A program made the translations under genes and the position numbers. Below the pieces are notes generated by a model. It was not told the origin of the DNA, did no database searches, and saw nothing but the letters and a program-made list of their open reading frames with translations. A DNA stretch of 64,000 bases from Plasmodiophora brassicae (lineage: Eukaryota): positions 1,054,001 to 1,118,000 of the forward strand of contig CP145409.1 in NCBI GenBank assembly GCA_036867785.1. The letters are read 5' to 3'. This document shows positions 60,549 through 64,000 of the stretch, one piece after another (the first letter of the stretch is position 1; each line of letters starts with the position of its first letter).

Positions 60549-62201
60549 TTAAAACAAACCGGTTCCGTAAATACGACTATCCGTGTCGTACAGAATCTCC
60601 ACAAGCCGCCCGCCATTGTCAAGGCTTCGTCTACCAGCCTCAAGAATGGCAGTAACCGTTAAGGTAGACTCCAGGGTGGGCAATTCTACAGAAATACCAT
60701 AAGCGTTCAGAGCTTGCGCATGGGCCCACTCTTAGAAATACCGGCGTTGAAATCCTGAGGTGATGAAGAGCCCTCTCGAACCATGTGGACTGCCTCAACG
60801 AACCGCGAGAAGCTCTGGTACCCGTATCCTTGCTGGCCAACGAAGCGCCCTTGATGATCGGGGACGTAACGCATGTAGAGCGGGTTGACGGATGCGAAAC
60901 CCTGGAATAAACCCATCAGCAACTTGGATAACGTTGACAAAGCACAACGCCCTACATCAGCATCTGTGGCAGCGGTGTATCCGCGATGAGCCTGATCCAC
61001 TGAGACCTCTCCCGAAGCGCCTAAATAAAAGAACCGCTGCTGCGAATGCACGTCAGCCTTGGCGGCTGCCCAGGATGCTGTATAGACGGCGGTGCCAGCA
61101 GAATGCGGTGCTGCCAAATTCACCCACTGCACGGTTAACGTTATTGTGTCTTCGACGTTCTGGCGACCCAAAACCTTGTTCGCGATGCCGTTTGATGCGA
61201 CCGCAGACACAAGTGTGGGTCGGGCAATGCCGGTCAGGGCCCAGGCATGGAAATCGATGTGGTGGCTGTTCAAGTAATAACTGCACGACGTCAGCACCAT
61301 CCTGAAAACTCTAATGAGTGGCGAACCTGATGTCGCTGCTGATTCCTGCCCAGCTCTTAAACGTCGCCAACTGACCCTCTGGAACGTTACGCCGTCAACT
61401 GAAAGCAATCGTTGGTGTCGGTACTCATGACTGACTCGGTTGGCTCATGTACGCGTAGAAATAGTTGAAAGGACCCAAGTTGCGAATGCGATTACGTGCA
61501 TCATCGTATACAGGATCGTATCGTTTATGGACCTACGTGACAGTTAACGACGCAGGACTCAGGACGTGATCGGGTTGACAAACCTCAACGACGACGATAA
61601 CATTTTTCTCTCGAGCGCGTTTAACAAGACTAAGGTGCTCGACGACAGTCTTAACAGGGGGTTTGGTTAATATGACATGCATGCCTCGTTCAATGGCTGC
61701 CAATGCGATTGCGTAATGAGTATCATCGGGGGTAAATATCGACACGATGTCGCCAGGGCTGAACTGCATTTGGGCTCAGGAACAGACCAGCGCATAACAT
61801 TACGCTACGACCGTGTACCTTATCGAGTGCTTTCTCGTACGCCTGTGGGTCGCGAGTAACATCGTCCGCAGGGAACGTTTCGCAATGAACACCGATCCCT
61901 TTATAGACGTCGCCGATTGCTCGCTGAAGGTGCGCACGAATCGCAGGGAACTTGATACCCGAAGTTCCACAAAGGCCGACGCGAGGCCCAATCTGCGGAC
62001 GCCATTCAGATCCCGCCAGCAGTTGCCACATGCAACACTACGAACCTGCCCGCGGGCGCGCAGATCGAACATGACCAACGCGACGACGCCGCATCGCTTG
62101 TCGCTCTGCGTCACCTCGCCATCGCGCTGGCCCACGCTGCAGACGTAGCCCGTCGTGTACTCGCCAGTGCCGATACAGAGACAGTTCGGCAACGCCGTCA
62201 T
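60549..62201 (-). CDS. gaaA: GaaA-like D-galacturonate reductase (Gfo/Idh/MocA fold), multi-exon
   Basis: [76 protein letters not shown] match the fungal GaaA motif order. Confidence 0.85.
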
Positions 62202-62386
62202 GTGCCAACCTGCTCGATGCGAAATGGGCAATTTTGGACAATTCCCCTTGTGTCTTGTTGTGTCAAGGTCCTCATCTCCGCGCGACCTTTGAGTCCATTG
62301 GCATGCACTCTGCAAGCCCTCGGTCACATGCCTCGGCACTCAATAAACAACGGTATGTGTTGTATGACAATATATCGGGAGGAGCG

Positions 62387-62873
62387 TCATTTCAATTGAG
62401 AGGCGGAGTTCTGAATCCTTTGCTGGATGGCGTCCAGGACGGCCATGTGGCTGCGAAGAGATTTCGCAGCGCATTCGTCGACGAATTTCTGGGCTTTCGC
62501 GACGGATTCCGGGTCGGTTCGCGTTCCGAGACGGTCCTTCCCCTCGTCGTTGCACGTGAGGAGACCGCGTTGCACACGCTGCTGAAAGTCGTCCATTTCT
62601 TGCTCCACAACATGCTTCATTTTGTCCATGCGATTGGTACACGACTGCATGCACGCCTGGAGCGACTGCCCCTCCAACGCCACGTTGTCAAGGCATTCGG
62701 CCATGCACATATACGCACCCTGGGACAGCGATCAGAAACCCAAGCATGTTACAAATGCCAGGCAGATAACGAACCTTTTGCAGCGGTCGAAGATGCTCCC
62801 GGTCGAGTGTCTTAATCATGCCATCGACAGCTCGCTGGAGCACAGCCTGTTCCTGCTGCGCCTGAGCTGCCAT
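62387..62873 (-). CDS. FAM136A: FAM136A / DUF842 family protein
   Basis: VDGMIKTLDREHLRPLQK|, Cx3C pairs (CMAEC, CMQSC), EMDDFQQRVQRGLLTCND. Confidence 0.85.
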
Positions 62874-63319
62874 TGAAACACTGCGGAGTGCGCTGCGCCA
62901 CCGCCCACCAGCCACAGCTGGCGTCCCGATAAGGGACGCACGTACACCCGGGACGGTACGGTAGCAACGTCGGTCACCACTCATCAGGCCCATCATTCTA
63001 TAGGCCGACACAATTTCTGTGGTAGTCCGTTCTGTACCTGCACCACCCAAACCCAACAACGTATCGATTGGCCGTTTGCCAGTCGCCTTTTACTCAGGTC
63101 TGCCCCGTATCCACAAAAGCGAACGCGTGGCCTGCCCGATAATCCTGCAATCTGCACAAGAGCCGTTTGCGACGTCTACAGCGCCAAAAGAAACGGCTAG
63201 GCTATTGGTGAAACTTGAAACGGCGGCGAAGTCGAGTGAACGTCGCGTCGCGTTTTTGGAGCAGTCCGCTGCGGGATCCCGGCAATCGTCACTGTCGCGG
63301 GTTTGCGGTTGGCACGACA

Positions 63320-64000
63320 ATGTGGTCGGGAGCGCGGCGCCTGCTGCAAAGAATACCGTCGCATGGGCGGTTGTCGTCCACGGCGGCGGTCTTTGTGGAT
63401 AAGAACACAAAGGTCATTGTCCAGGGATTCACCGGCAAGCAGGGAACGTTTCACTCCGAGCAGGCTATCGAGTATGGGACGCAGATGGTTGGCGGCGTCT
63501 CACCTGGCAAAGGCGGTCGAGAACATCTCGGCCTTCCCGTCTTCAATACCGTTGCAGAAGCGAAAGCCGCCACTGATGCTGACGCCACTGCCATCTACGT
63601 TCCTCCGCCATTCGCGGCGGCCGCCATTCTCGAAGCCATTGAGGCTGAAATCCCTCTGATTGTTGCGATCACTGAAGGAATTCCACAACACGACATGGTA
63701 GACCTCAGCTGCGTTACCGACAACTCGGATGTGCTGATTCATGCCATTTGACCATTAGGTGAAAGTGTTGCGCGCATTGAAAAAGAAACCCAATGTTCGA
63801 TTGATCGGCCCAAACTGTCCTGGAATCATTAAGCCAGGCGAGTGCAAGATTGGAATCATGCCAGGATACATTCACACGCCGGGCAAGATCGGTATCGTAT
63901 CAAGGAGTGGTACCCTCACCTACGAAGCTGTGCATCAGACAACGGCTGTCGGGTTAGGGCAGTCGACTTGCGTTGGAATTGGTGGTGATCCTTTCAACGG
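63320..64000 (+). CDS. SUCLG1: Succinyl-CoA ligase alpha subunit, mitochondrial (partial, runs off the right edge)
   Basis: Presequence, [25 protein letters not shown], intron 63698-63758, [29 protein letters not shown]. Confidence 0.97.

Overview
Gene-dense eukaryotic DNA, GC-rich by eye, with many short (about 50-65 nt) GT-AG introns, so many ORF-track entries are single exons or antisense shadows. The style suggests a phytomyxid protist such as Plasmodiophora brassicae (inference only): tiny introns, very short intergenic spaces, signal peptide-Skp1-ankyrin genes, ciliary genes and a chitin-wall GH16. About 40 loci can be supported. Housekeeping-type genes include HSP70, alpha-actinin, DBP2/DDX5, MAP2K, RNMT, INTS6, a CyP40-like protein, mitochondrial EF-Ts, FAM136A, SUCLG1, DZIP1 and LMBR1. 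The standout feature is two separate tandem arrays of seven-transmembrane receptors fused to an RGS (G-alpha GAP) domain. Family A (4.5-14.4 kb) has four intact copies, one pseudogene and two conserved introns, with a PrsW-type intramembrane protease inserted in the array. Family B (54-59.4 kb) has three intronless copies with an apparently unrelated 7TM domain. Two further orphan 7TM genes, one with an extracellular PA domain, lie between the arrays. Other notable items are a NAK pseudokinase-ANTH fusion, a likely poison exon in DBP2, a TUSC2/FUS1-like protein, a fungal-type GaaA galacturonate reductase and a Crh-like GH16. No rRNA, tRNA, CRISPR or transposase was recognised. All family calls come from motif recognition by eye; exon boundaries are manual.
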